Shown here: piece by piece, positions 1 through 9,293 of the stretch
Position numbering within the stretch: the first letter of the stretch is position 1
Layout of the letters: the number at the start of each line of letters is the position of its first letter
NCBI RefSeq assembly: GCF_000010065.1
Contig: NC_006576.1
Span: 180,001-212,000 of the forward strand
DNA: 32,000 bases
Reading direction: 5' to 3'
Source of the DNA: Synechococcus elongatus PCC 6301
GTDB taxonomy: Bacteria; Cyanobacteriota; Cyanobacteriia; Synechococcales; Synechococcaceae
Notes under the pieces: generated by a model
Database searches by the model: none
Told to the model about the DNA's origin: nothing
What the model saw: the letters and a program-made list of their open reading frames with translations, nothing else
Translations under genes and position numbers: made by a program

Positions 1-1
1 T

Positions 2-2884
2 GCGAACCTTGCCTACGCCAAGACTATTGATTCGACTGTAACCCTCTCACTGAAGAATGGTGGCGGTGTTCGTAACAACATCGGTTTCGTCACCTTCCCG
101 GAGGGCTCTACCGATCCAGATGATGTATTGAAACTCCCGCCAGCAGCTAACCCTCTTGCAGGCAAAGAGGAAGGGGATATTTCTCAGCTGGATATTACGA
201 ACTCGCTGAGTTTTAACAATGGCTTAGCGCTGATCACATTGACTGCGGAAGAACTTCTAGAAATCGTCGAGTATGGCTTTGCAGCCAGTAGTCTTAACGA
301 TGGTAATACCCAAGGTCGCTTCCCTCAGATTGGTGGCTTCTCCGTTGCAGTTGATTTGACTCGTGCCCCAGGCGATCGCGTCCTCTCGCTAGCGATTAAA
401 GACGAAGAGGGCCGCGACATTGATGTCGTTGTCCGTAATGGCGAGATCGTTGGCAACCCCGCTCGCACCTTCCGGATGGTAACGCTCAGCTTTTTGGCCG
501 ACGGGGGCGATGGATATCCATTCCCGACCGGTGAGGCGACTAATCGCATTGATCTTGCTCAACCTGCCGAGGCTGAACGGACTGGTTTAGCGCAATTTGC
601 ACCAGATGGCACTGAGCAAGATGTTCTAGCGGAGTATCTAGCTACTCGCTTCACTGAGAATTCTTTTGACAAACTGGATTCTGCGCGTGATTTCGATACT
701 CGCATTCAGAACGTCAGCTTCCGCGATGATACGGTCATTAACTCTCAAATCCAGCTGAGTGTTCTAGGAACCTTTGCAACAGGCAGCTTTGACCAGGGCG
801 CCGCAGAAATCCCGGCCTATGACCCGATTAGCCAACGTCTCTTTGTTGTCAATGCCCAAAACAGCCGCGTAGATGTCCTAGACATCAGCGACCCTACTCG
901 ACCTACCCTCATTGGATTTATCGATACTTCGAGCTTTGGCTCTCCTAACAGTGTCGCCATCCAAAATGGTCTGGTTGCGATCGCTGTTCAAAATGCGAAT
1001 CCGCAGGAGAACGGCCAAGTCTTCTTCTATCAGTCCACCGCTAGTTCCTTCAATGCTCCGCTTCGGGCAATTGAAGTGGGCGCCCTACCCGACATGCTGA
1101 TCTTTACGCCTGACGGCTCCAAGGTTTTGGTAGCTAATGAAGGTGAACCTAATGAAGATTACACCGTTGATCCCGAAGGTTCAGTCAGCATCATTGACCT
1201 TAGTCTGGGTGTAGCCAACGCTCAGGTTAGAACAGCAACTTTTACTGCCTTCAATGACCGAAAGGCAGAGCTGCAAGAAGCTGGCGTCCGCATTTTGAAA
1301 GATGATGCGACTGTTGCCGAGGATATTGAGCCGGAGTACATCGCTATCTCTCCCGATGGCAACACTGCAGTGGTGACTCTCCAGGAAGCCAATGCACTGG
1401 CTTTCATTGATTTGGCGACCGCAACGGTTACGGATATCAAGCCGCTGGGTCTAAAGGACTTTAGTCTTCCGGGTAATGCGCTGGATCCGAGCGATCGCGA
1501 TGGAGGTATTAATCTCCGTAACGTCCCAGTGTTTGGGCTCTACCAACCAGATGCCATTGCCTCCTTCGTTGGTGCTGATGGGAAGACCTACTACATCACT
1601 GCCAATGAAGGCGATAGCCGAGTCCGGCCGACGGGAGATGACATCATCCCCGAGGTTGGTGAAGGGGACATCTTCAATGAAGAGGTTCGAGTCAGCAGCA
1701 ACCGTTACATTCTCGACCCAACGATCTTCCCAAATGCAGCTGAGCTGAAGCAGAACTCGAATCTGGGTCGCCTGACCGTTACCAACGAATCAGGTGATCT
1801 AGATGGGGATGGTGACTTTGACCAAATCGTCACTTTTGGAGCTCGCTCTTTCTCGATCCTCAATTCCGAGGGTGAGCTTGTTTTTGATAGTGGCGATCAG
1901 CTAGAGCGAATCACTGCTAGCTTCTTCCCTGAAAACTTCAACGCCAGCAATGACAATAACGATCTAGATAACCGCAGTGACAACAAAGGTCCTGAGCCTG
2001 AAGGTGTCGTGATTGGCCAGATTAACGATCGCACCTATGCCTTTGTCGGTCTTGAGCGGACCGGTGGCGTCATAGTCTACGACGTGACTACCCCTAACAA
2101 TCCCACCTTTGTTCAGTACCTCAACAATCGTAATTTCAACGCTGATGTTGAAAGTGCCGAAGCGGGTGATTTAGGCCCTGAGGGTCTTGCTTTCATCTCT
2201 GCAGAGGACAGCCCCAACGGCAAACCTCTGTTGGTTGTCGCCAACGAGATCAGTGGAACTACAACGCTCTATGAGATTAATGTCGGTTCTAATCCTGACT
2301 TGATCAAGTTAGACAACAGCGCCCAGATTGCTTACATCACTTATCTAGGACGGCCTGGCGATCGCGGTGGACTGACCTTTTGGAATGAGGTTCTGAGAGA
2401 TGCCGAAATCAGCTACGACCCTCAAACTGGTGATTTAATTACTGGTGAAGAAGTTCTTCCCTTCAACGCCTTCATCAACGGGTTTGGAGATTCTTCTGAA
2501 GCTGATCAAATCTACGGTGGTAAATCTGCAGCCGATCAGGTGAACTTAATTTATAACTTTGCCTTCAATCGTAATGCTGAGAGTGCTGGCCAAGCCTTCT
2601 GGGTCAACCAGCTGAATAGTCGCCAGCTCAGCTTGGCGGAACTGGCTCTAGAAATTGGTCTGAACGCGACAGGCAATGATTCAGTAGTTCTTAACAACAA
2701 GATTAGAAGTGCCACTCTGTTCACCGATTCGATTGACACGAATGTTGAACTAGCTGCTTATCAAGGTAGTAAGGGGACCAGCTTTGGTCAGACCTGGCTA
2801 GATCAGTTTGACTTTAGCCAAAGTAGCCAAGCTCTGGTTGATAGTGCTCTTAACGCTTTAGTCAATGACCTACCTCTTGGATAG
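2..2884 (+). CDS. Large beta-propeller/choice-of-anchor I type protein with C-terminal DUF4214 domain, 5'-truncated by the window
   Basis: The ORF track starts at a TTG (128), but the frame is open back to base 2 (ANLAYAKTIDSTVTLSLKNGGGVRNNIGFVTFPEGSTDPDDV...). Propeller-like repeats are visible (LFVVNAQNSRVDVLDISDPTRPTLIG; KVLVANEGEPNEDYTVDPEGSVSIIDL; TYAFVGLERTGGVIVYDVTTPNNPTFVQYLNNR). The C-terminus is DUF4214-like (INLIYNFAFNRNAESAGQAFWVNQLNSRQLSLAELALEIG). Confidence 0.8.
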   Translation, partial: ANLAYAKTIDSTVTLSLKNGGGVRNNIGFVTFPEGSTDPDDVLKLPPAANPLAGKEEGDISQLDITNSLSFNNGLALITLTAEELLEIVEYGFAASSLNDGNTQGRFPQIGGFSVAVDLTRAPGDRVLSLAIKDEEGRDIDVVVRNGEIVGNPARTFRMVTLSFLADGGDGYPFPTGEATNRIDLAQPAEAERTGLAQFAPDGTEQDVLAEYLATRFTENSFDKLDSARDFDTRIQNVSFRDDTVINSQIQLSVLGTFATGSFDQGAAEIPAYDPISQRLFVVNAQNSRVDVLDISDPTRPTLIGFIDTSSFGSPNSVAIQNGLVAIAVQNANPQENGQVFFYQSTASSFNAPLRAIEVGALPDMLIFTPDGSKVLVANEGEPNEDYTVDPEGSVSIIDLSLGVANAQVRTATFTAFNDRKAELQEAGVRILKDDATVAEDIEPEYIAISPDGNTAVVTLQEANALAFIDLATATVTDIKPLGLKDFSLPGNALDPSDRDGGINLRNVPVFGLYQPDAIASFVGADGKTYYITANEGDSRVRPTGDDIIPEVGEGDIFNEEVRVSSNRYILDPTIFPNAAELKQNSNLGRLTVTNESGDLDGDGDFDQIVTFGARSFSILNSEGELVFDSGDQLERITASFFPENFNASNDNNDLDNRSDNKGPEPEGVVIGQINDRTYAFVGLERTGGVIVYDVTTPNNPTFVQYLNNRNFNADVESAEAGDLGPEGLAFISAEDSPNGKPLLVVANEISGTTTLYEINVGSNPDLIKLDNSAQIAYITYLGRPGDRGGLTFWNEVLRDAEISYDPQTGDLITGEEVLPFNAFINGFGDSSEADQIYGGKSAADQVNLIYNFAFNRNAESAGQAFWVNQLNSRQLSLAELALEIGLNATGNDSVVLNNKIRSATLFTDSIDTNVELAAYQGSKGTSFGQTWLDQFDFSQSSQALVDSALNALVNDLPLG

Positions 2885-2927
2885 AGAGGCTTAGATTTCT
2901 CTGCCCATTTGCTCAGTATTTTTTGCC

Positions 2928-2966
2928 AAAGGGGTTGATGTTTCAATACGGCATCCACCCCTTTTT
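2928..2966 (+). terminator. Rho-independent-like terminator hairpin
   Basis: AAGGGGTTGATG ... CATCCACCCCTT inverted repeat (one mismatch) followed by a T run, between the stops of two convergent genes. Confidence 0.65.
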
Positions 2967-3107
2967 CCTTATCAGAACTCTCTCAGGTTTGAGTAGTGAA
3001 AAGAAGTTCTCCCAGCATCTTGAATGCTGTAGGTGAGCAGTCATTACAGGCCCTGCTTGCATCAGACTATTGAATTGATTCCGATCAGCCAGCTTTTGAA
3101 GCACTGC

Positions 3108-4646
3108 TTAGCGCTCAACGAGGCGATCGAGACCTCTATACTGAGCTGCTTCTGCGAGATGCTGACTCTGGAGCTGTTCACTGCCATCCAGATCTGCGAT
3201 TGTCCGCGCAACTTTGAGGATACGAGCGGTGGAACGTCCAGACAACCGCAATTTAGTGATGATTTTCTCGAGCAACGCTGTTGTCGGCTCCGTCAAGGCA
3301 CACCAATGGCGCAGGTCAGCACTTTGCATTTCGGCGTTGCACCGCAATCTGCCTTGAAAGCGCTGTTGAGCCCGCTGACGAGCTTGCGCTACTCGATCCC
3401 GCACGATCGCAGTTGACTCGCCTAGCTGACTGCGAGCCAAATCGGTTGGTGGCAACCGCTGCACACTCACTTGCAAGTCAATTCGATCTAGCAATGGTCC
3501 CGACAGGCGGCTCCAATAGCGCTGGCGCTGATTCAGGCCGCAAGTACAGGGCTGCAGAGTATCGCCGTAATAGCCACAGGGACAGGGGTTGGCACTGGCA
3601 ACAAGGGTAAATCTCGCTGGAAAAGCCACTGACTGTCTTGTCCGCGAAATCATGACCTGACCGTCTTCGAGAGGCTGCCGTAGGAAATCTAAGACTTCTC
3701 GTTTGAACTCCGTCAGCTCATCCAGAAACAACACGCCACGATGTGCCAGAGAAATTTCGCCCGGCCGCGGGAAGGATCCGCCACCCACCAAAGACGGCCC
3801 AGAAGCCGAATGATGAGGACTGCGAAAGGGGCGATCGCAGATCAAATGTCCGCGTTCTTTCAGCAGACCCGCTGCTGAGTGAATGCGCGTCACCTCCAGT
3901 GCTTCTTCAAAACTGAGCGTGGGCAATATGCCCGGTAGACGCCGTGCCAGCATCGTTTTGCCACTGCCCGGTGGACCAATGAATAAGAGATTGTGACCGC
4001 CCGCTGCAGAAATTTCTAAAGCCCGTCGCGCCTGTAGCTGGCCCTGAACATCGGCTAAATCTAATGTTGATTGCAACGATGACGGGCTGACTTCTGCCGA
4101 TTCCAACTGGGTGACTGGGTAAGGACTATGGCGATCGGGCTGATGCAAAAACTCAGCGACCTCCGCAACCGTCTCAAAACCGTAGACCGCTAGTCCTTGA
4201 ACAAGACTGGCTTCCGCTGCATTGGCCGCCGGTAAAACCAGGGCTTGATAACCCAGCTTTTGGGCTGCAACAGCGACGGATAGTACTCCTGCGATCGCCC
4301 GGAGGCTGCCATCAAGAGCGACTTCTCCGAGCAGAAGAAAGCGATCGAGTTGAGGGCTCGGTAACTGCTTCGAGGCGGCCAGAACCGCCATCGCGATCGC
4401 CAGATCAAAACTTGGGCCTTCCTTGCGCAGATCACCCGGAGCTAGATTCACCACAACCCGCTGCATTGGAAACGAGAGCCCGGCATTACGAATCGCAGCC
4501 CGCACCCGCTCCTTCGATTCCTGAATGGCTGCATCGGGTAAGCCGACCAAGACCATCGCTGGAAGACCCGCGGAAACATCTGCTTCGACGCAGACCGGAA
4601 CTGCATCTAAACCGACGAGGGCAGCACTCCAAGTCCGAGCATGCAT
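3108..4646 (-). CDS. comM: YifB/ComM-family Mg-chelatase-like AAA+ ATPase
   Basis: 512 aa; N-term LVGLPDAAIQESKERVRAAIRNAG...VNLAPGDLRKEGPSFDLAIA; Walker A GPPGSGKTMLARRLPGILP; FRSPHHSASGPSLVGGG; Walker B GVLFLDELTEF; NPCPCGYYGD. Confidence 0.9.
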   Translation of the reverse strand: MHARTWSAALVGLDAVPVCVEADVSAGLPAMVLVGLPDAAIQESKERVRAAIRNAGLSFPMQRVVVNLAPGDLRKEGPSFDLAIAMAVLAASKQLPSPQLDRFLLLGEVALDGSLRAIAGVLSVAVAAQKLGYQALVLPAANAAEASLVQGLAVYGFETVAEVAEFLHQPDRHSPYPVTQLESAEVSPSSLQSTLDLADVQGQLQARRALEISAAGGHNLLFIGPPGSGKTMLARRLPGILPTLSFEEALEVTRIHSAAGLLKERGHLICDRPFRSPHHSASGPSLVGGGSFPRPGEISLAHRGVLFLDELTEFKREVLDFLRQPLEDGQVMISRTRQSVAFPARFTLVASANPCPCGYYGDTLQPCTCGLNQRQRYWSRLSGPLLDRIDLQVSVQRLPPTDLARSQLGESTAIVRDRVAQARQRAQQRFQGRLRCNAEMQSADLRHWCALTEPTTALLEKIITKLRLSGRSTARILKVARTIADLDGSEQLQSQHLAEAAQYRGLDRLVER

Positions 4647-4688
4647 CTTTGCGTTCCGTGACGGCTACTGCCAGCATGCCGAGCCTGA

Positions 4689-5078
<390 letters not shown>

Positions 5079-5095
5079 GAAAAGTCTGAAAGTTC

Positions 5096-5124
5096 TTTAC
5101 AAAACTCAATCTGCTTGTTAGATT
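5096..5124 (+). promoter_or_regulatory. Predicted psbA promoter
   Basis: TTTACA (5096-5101), 17 nt spacer, TAGATT (5119-5124), about 55 nt upstream of the psbA ATG. Confidence 0.6.
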
Positions 5125-5179
5125 TTACTCACGAGGCTATTAAGTCTCGTAAATAGTTCAACTAAGGACTCATCGCAAA

Positions 5180-6262
5180 ATGACGACTGCATTGCAGCGG
5201 CGCGAGAGCGCCAGCCTGTGGCAGCAGTTCTGCGAGTGGGTAACCAGCACCGACAACCGCCTCTATGTGGGTTGGTTCGGCGTGCTGATGATCCCCACTC
5301 TGCTGACCGCCACCATCTGCTTCATCGTTGCGTTCATCGCAGCACCTCCCGTTGACATCGACGGCATCCGCGAGCCCGTTGCTGGCTCCTTGATGTATGG
5401 CAACAACATCATCTCTGGTGCTGTTGTTCCTTCTAGCAACGCCATTGGTTTGCACTTCTACCCGATCTGGGAAGCCGCTAGCCTCGACGAGTGGCTGTAC
5501 AACGGTGGTCCCTACCAACTGGTAGTGTTCCACTTCCTGATCGGCGTCTTCTGCTACATGGGCCGTGAGTGGGAACTGTCGTACCGCCTCGGTATGCGTC
5601 CCTGGATCTGTGTTGCATACAGCGCACCGGTTGCAGCAGCGACTGCAGTGTTTCTGATCTACCCGATCGGCCAAGGTTCGTTCTCGGACGGCATGCCCCT
5701 GGGTATCAGCGGCACCTTCAACTTCATGTTCGTGTTCCAAGCAGAGCACAACATTTTGATGCACCCCTTCCACATGCTGGGTGTGGCTGGTGTGTTCGGT
5801 GGTTCGCTGTTCTCGGCAATGCACGGTTCGTTGGTGACCAGCTCGCTGGTGCGTGAGACGACCGAGACCGAGAGCCAAAACTACGGCTACAAATTTGGTC
5901 AAGAGGAAGAGACCTACAACATCGTGGCAGCCCACGGTTACTTCGGTCGCTTGATCTTCCAATACGCATCGTTCAACAACAGCCGTTCGCTGCACTTCTT
6001 CCTGGCTGCATGGCCGGTTGTGGGCATCTGGTTCACGTCCTTGGGCATCAGCACCATGGCGTTCAACCTGAATGGTTTCAACTTCAACCAGTCGGTTTTG
6101 GATAGCCAAGGCCGTGTGATCAACACCTGGGCAGATGTGTTGAACCGTGCCAACTTGGGCATGGAAGTGATGCACGAGCGTAATGCTCACAACTTCCCCC
6201 TCGATTTGGCAGCAGGCGAAGCGACCCCGGTTGCTCTGACTGCACCTGCAATCAACGGCTAA
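5180..6262 (+). CDS. psbA: Photosystem II D1 protein, E130 (D1:2-like, high-light) form
   Basis: 360 aa, [39 protein letters not shown]...[39 protein letters not shown]. Residue 130 counts as Glu (GREWELSY). Confidence 0.99.
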   Translation: MTTALQRRESASLWQQFCEWVTSTDNRLYVGWFGVLMIPTLLTATICFIVAFIAAPPVDIDGIREPVAGSLMYGNNIISGAVVPSSNAIGLHFYPIWEAASLDEWLYNGGPYQLVVFHFLIGVFCYMGREWELSYRLGMRPWICVAYSAPVAAATAVFLIYPIGQGSFSDGMPLGISGTFNFMFVFQAEHNILMHPFHMLGVAGVFGGSLFSAMHGSLVTSSLVRETTETESQNYGYKFGQEEETYNIVAAHGYFGRLIFQYASFNNSRSLHFFLAAWPVVGIWFTSLGISTMAFNLNGFNFNQSVLDSQGRVINTWADVLNRANLGMEVMHERNAHNFPLDLAAGEATPVALTAPAING

Positions 6263-6304
6263 TTGCCGGCTGATGCGGAACAGCTAATCAAAATTGAGTA
6301 GGTG

Positions 6305-6342
6305 AAAGGGTCTGGGAGTAATCTCAGACCCTTTCCCTTTTT
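6305..6342 (+). terminator. psbA terminator
   Basis: Perfect 10-bp stem AAAGGGTCTG / CAGACCCTTT followed by CCCTTTTT. Confidence 0.75.
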
Positions 6343-6427
6343 GATGTCTAAGCTTTCCCCGATCGCAGATGCACTGCATCGATCGCGCTCCTCAGAAGAC
6401 ACTTAGCGATCGCCTTCGGGCACTGCT

Positions 6428-7141
6428 TTAGGCTTGCAGTGGTCGAGCATTCATACCCAACCGTTGCCGGAGCTGCCGGAGTTGTTGCCGAGCTACAAAC
6501 AGTGGGCGATCGCAGACCCGCCAGAGAACGGGTTCAGAGCAGGGTGGGGTTGTTAGAGACCCAGAGTAGCGCCAGACGGTGCGATCGCGGGGCATGAGGT
6601 CTGTCGGTTGAATGGCTGTTGAAAGCAGTTGATTGTCAGTTGACGGTGGCACGGCTAAGAGGGTGTCCAGAATCGGAAGGGGGCGATCGCCCGCTGCCAG
6701 AAAAACACCAACCACAGCGAGCTGATCGCGATCGCTGCGATGGACGAAATGAATTTCTGCTGGGAAACGTTGGCCTTGGTGCTGGTGCTCACTGGGCGTG
6801 TGGAAGTGAAATTGCAGCAGCTCATAGAAGGTGCCAGCTTCCCAGAAACCATTCCCAGCTGGACAGTCAATGCGGAGGGAATGGGGAGCCTGCTGCAGAA
6901 TGCCCTTAAACGGGCGATCGCGGTAATCCAGTGGTGTTCTGTCAGGCTGACCCGTCAGGTTAATTGGGGATTGTTGACGACCCTGCTGACAAATGGCATA
7001 GGCCGGATCAAGCTTGGCCCACTGGCGAGGACCTCGGCGGCGACTATAGTCCCAGTCTGCACTGGCCCAGACGGGTTGACTGCTGCCCAACCAACCGATG
7101 CAGCTGCCGCCAAGAGCTGCTAGGAGCGATCGCCGGCGCAT
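6428..7141 (-). CDS. ecaA: Alpha-type carbonic anhydrase with N-terminal signal sequence
   Basis: 237 aa; signal-like MRRRSLLAALGGSCIGWLGSSQPVWA; QFHFHTPSEHQHQGQRFPAEIHFVH contains the three Zn-ligand histidines; SLTTPPCSEPVLW. Confidence 0.92.
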   Translation of the reverse strand: MRRRSLLAALGGSCIGWLGSSQPVWASADWDYSRRRGPRQWAKLDPAYAICQQGRQQSPINLTGQPDRTPLDYRDRPFKGILQQAPHSLRIDCPAGNGFWEAGTFYELLQFHFHTPSEHQHQGQRFPAEIHFVHRSDRDQLAVVGVFLAAGDRPLPILDTLLAVPPSTDNQLLSTAIQPTDLMPRDRTVWRYSGSLTTPPCSEPVLWRVCDRPLFVARQQLRQLRQRLGMNARPLQA

Positions 7142-7947
7142 GCTGCAGTCAAAGCGCGATTGAGTTTGCCACTGACCAAACCTTCCAGATCAAGGCTGAC
7201 GTAGCGAAACCCCAAGGATTGAAAATGGCTGACCAAGACTGGCAAATCAGTCTCGGCCACAAACCGCTGCAAATCAGTACTAGGCAATTCAATCCGAGCC
7301 GTATCCTGTTGCGATCGCACTCGGATTGATTGCCAGCCGAGTTGGCGCAGATAGCGTTCGGCAGCCCCGACCCGCGCCAGTTTCTCAGCAGTGATCGCTT
7401 CACCGTAGGGAAAACGGGAGGACAGGCAGGGCATGGCTGGTTTATCCCACCAAGGCATCCCCAGTTCTCGGGCCAACTGCCGGACTTCGAGCTTGCTAAT
7501 GCCGGCCTCAGCGAGGGGCGATCGCACGCCTCGTTCCGCTGCGGCTTGTAAACCCGGACGGTGATCGCCAAGGTCATCAGCATTGACGCCATCCAGAACC
7601 ACAGCGAACCCGCGACTTTGGGCAAGAGGCTGGAGGCGATCGTGCAGCTCGCTTTTGCAGAAATAGCAGCGATTGCTGGGATTACTGGCGTAGTTAGGAT
7701 TCGCTAACTCATCGGTCTGAATTTGCTCGTGAGCAATGCCCATCCATTCCGCCTGCGATCGCGCCGCTTCAAGATCTTCCGGCAACAAGGAGGCGGAAAC
7801 AGCCGTAACGGCGATCGCGCGATCGCCTAACTCCTGAGCTGCAAGGTAAGCAACGAGGCTGCTATCAATGCCTCCAGAGTAGGCCACCAAGGCCGAGGGA
7901 AACGATCGAAGTTGCGATCGCACCTGCTCAAGTTTGGCCTGCAGCAT
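7120..7947 (-). CDS. larE: LarE-type ATP-dependent sacrificial sulfur transferase (nickel-pincer cofactor biosynthesis family)
   Basis: PP-loop AYSGGIDSSLVAYLA; NPSNRCYFCKSELHDRL; VLDGVNADDLGDHRPG; KPAMPCLSSRFPYG. The ATG at 7947 (MLQAKLEQV) is preferred over 7965. Confidence 0.87.
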   Translation of the reverse strand: MLQAKLEQVRSQLRSFPSALVAYSGGIDSSLVAYLAAQELGDRAIAVTAVSASLLPEDLEAARSQAEWMGIAHEQIQTDELANPNYASNPSNRCYFCKSELHDRLQPLAQSRGFAVVLDGVNADDLGDHRPGLQAAAERGVRSPLAEAGISKLEVRQLARELGMPWWDKPAMPCLSSRFPYGEAITAEKLARVGAAERYLRQLGWQSIRVRSQQDTARIELPSTDLQRFVAETDLPVLVSHFQSLGFRYVSLDLEGLVSGKLNRALTAACAGDRS

Positions 7948-7994
7948 GAATCTCGTACCCAGCAACGCCCTCTAGCCTATCGAACTCCCAAGCC

Positions 7995-9173
7995 TTGCCG
8001 CAGATCGATAAGATCGGGGCTGTCGCAGTTCAGATCAGCATGACCCGCTCAGGCATTGGCATCCGCACCGCGCAGCAGCAGTCTGGACGCCTCACCGGTC
8101 AAATTCATGTCTATGACGGGGCTGGCAAAGGTAAATCCCAAGCCGCGCTGGGGGTGGTGCTGCGCTCAATTGGTCTGGGGATTCGCGATCAATGGCAGTC
8201 GCGGGTGCTGTTGCTGCGCTTTCTGAAAGGGCCCGGCCGCACCTACGACGAAGATGCCGCGATCGAGGCACTCCACCAGGGTTTTCCCCATCTGATTGAC
8301 CAAGTCCGCACAGGGCGAGCGGAGTTTTTTGGCCCGGATGCGATCAGTCGATTCGATCGCCAAGAAGCTCGCCGGGGCTGGGACATCGCTAAAGGGGCGA
8401 TCGTCTCGGGTCTCTATTCGGTGATTGTGCTGGATGAACTCAACCCGATTTTGGATTTGGGCCTGCTCCCTGTCGATGAAGTCGTGCAAACTCTGCGCCA
8501 GAAGCCGCCGCAGGTGGAAGTTATTGCTACCGGCCGCGGAGCGCCGCCGCAACTGCTAGAAATTGCCGACCTCCACTCCGAAATGATTGCCCATGCCAAT
8601 CCTGCTGTGGCTCCGGTCGGCATGGAAGGCATCGAAATCTATACCGGCGAGGGCAAGGGGAAATCGACTAGTGCCCTAGGTACAGCTCTACAGGCGATCG
8701 GACGGGGCATCGGTCAGGATCTCTCGCATCGCGTCCTGATTTTGCAATGGCTCAAAGGGGGCAGTGGCTACACCGAAGATGCGGCCATTCAAGCCCTGCG
8801 CCAGAGCTATCCACATCTCGTTGATCACCAGCGATCGGGCCGGGATGCGATCGTTTGGCGGGGGCAGCAGCAGGAAATTGACTACATCGAGGCGGAGCGA
8901 GCTTGGGAAATTGCGCGTGCTGCGATCGCTTCTGGACTCTATAAAACGATCATTCTGGATGAACTGAATCCGACAGTGGATCTTGAGCTACTGCCCGAAG
9001 AACCGATTTTGCAGGCGCTACTGCGCAAACCGCGCGATACGGAGGTGATCATCACCGGACGTTGCAAACAGATTCCGGCTTACTTCCATCTGGCCAGTGT
9101 TCACTCCGAGATGGTCTGTCACAAGCATTATGCAGAGCGCGGTATTGAACTCAAGCGTGGCGTTGATTATTAG
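7995..9173 (+). CDS. Tandem duplicated CobA/BtuR-like (cob(I)alamin adenosyltransferase superfamily) P-loop protein
   Basis: Two homologous halves: IHVYDGAGKGKSQAALGVVLRSIGLGI...GLYSVIVLDELNPILDLGLLP...EVEVIATGRGAP, and IEIYTGEGKGKSTSALGTALQAIGRGI...GLYKTIILDELNPTVDLELLP...TEVIITGRCKQIP...HSEM. The start may be ATG at 8040. Confidence 0.85.
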   Translation: MPQIDKIGAVAVQISMTRSGIGIRTAQQQSGRLTGQIHVYDGAGKGKSQAALGVVLRSIGLGIRDQWQSRVLLLRFLKGPGRTYDEDAAIEALHQGFPHLIDQVRTGRAEFFGPDAISRFDRQEARRGWDIAKGAIVSGLYSVIVLDELNPILDLGLLPVDEVVQTLRQKPPQVEVIATGRGAPPQLLEIADLHSEMIAHANPAVAPVGMEGIEIYTGEGKGKSTSALGTALQAIGRGIGQDLSHRVLILQWLKGGSGYTEDAAIQALRQSYPHLVDHQRSGRDAIVWRGQQQEIDYIEAERAWEIARAAIASGLYKTIILDELNPTVDLELLPEEPILQALLRKPRDTEVIITGRCKQIPAYFHLASVHSEMVCHKHYAERGIELKRGVDY

Positions 9174-9293
9174 GCGGCTGTCAGGCTGCCAGGGCGATTG
9201 CTGGTCACGATTAGCGAGACTCAGCCGACTGAGCTAGGGACTGACGCCACAATAAAGGCTGTGCTTCTGTTCCCATCGCTTTCTAAACCTGCC

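Noticed and set aside
3033-3610. Plus-strand ORFs 3033..3416 and 3281..3610
   Set aside because: Mostly antisense to the conserved C-terminus of comM. No domain-like sequence.
5162-6190. 342-aa ORF on the minus strand across psbA
   Set aside because: It is fully antisense to the unambiguous psbA gene. The translation is low-complexity His/Val/Glu-rich with no recognisable domain, and is explained by strong codon bias in psbA.
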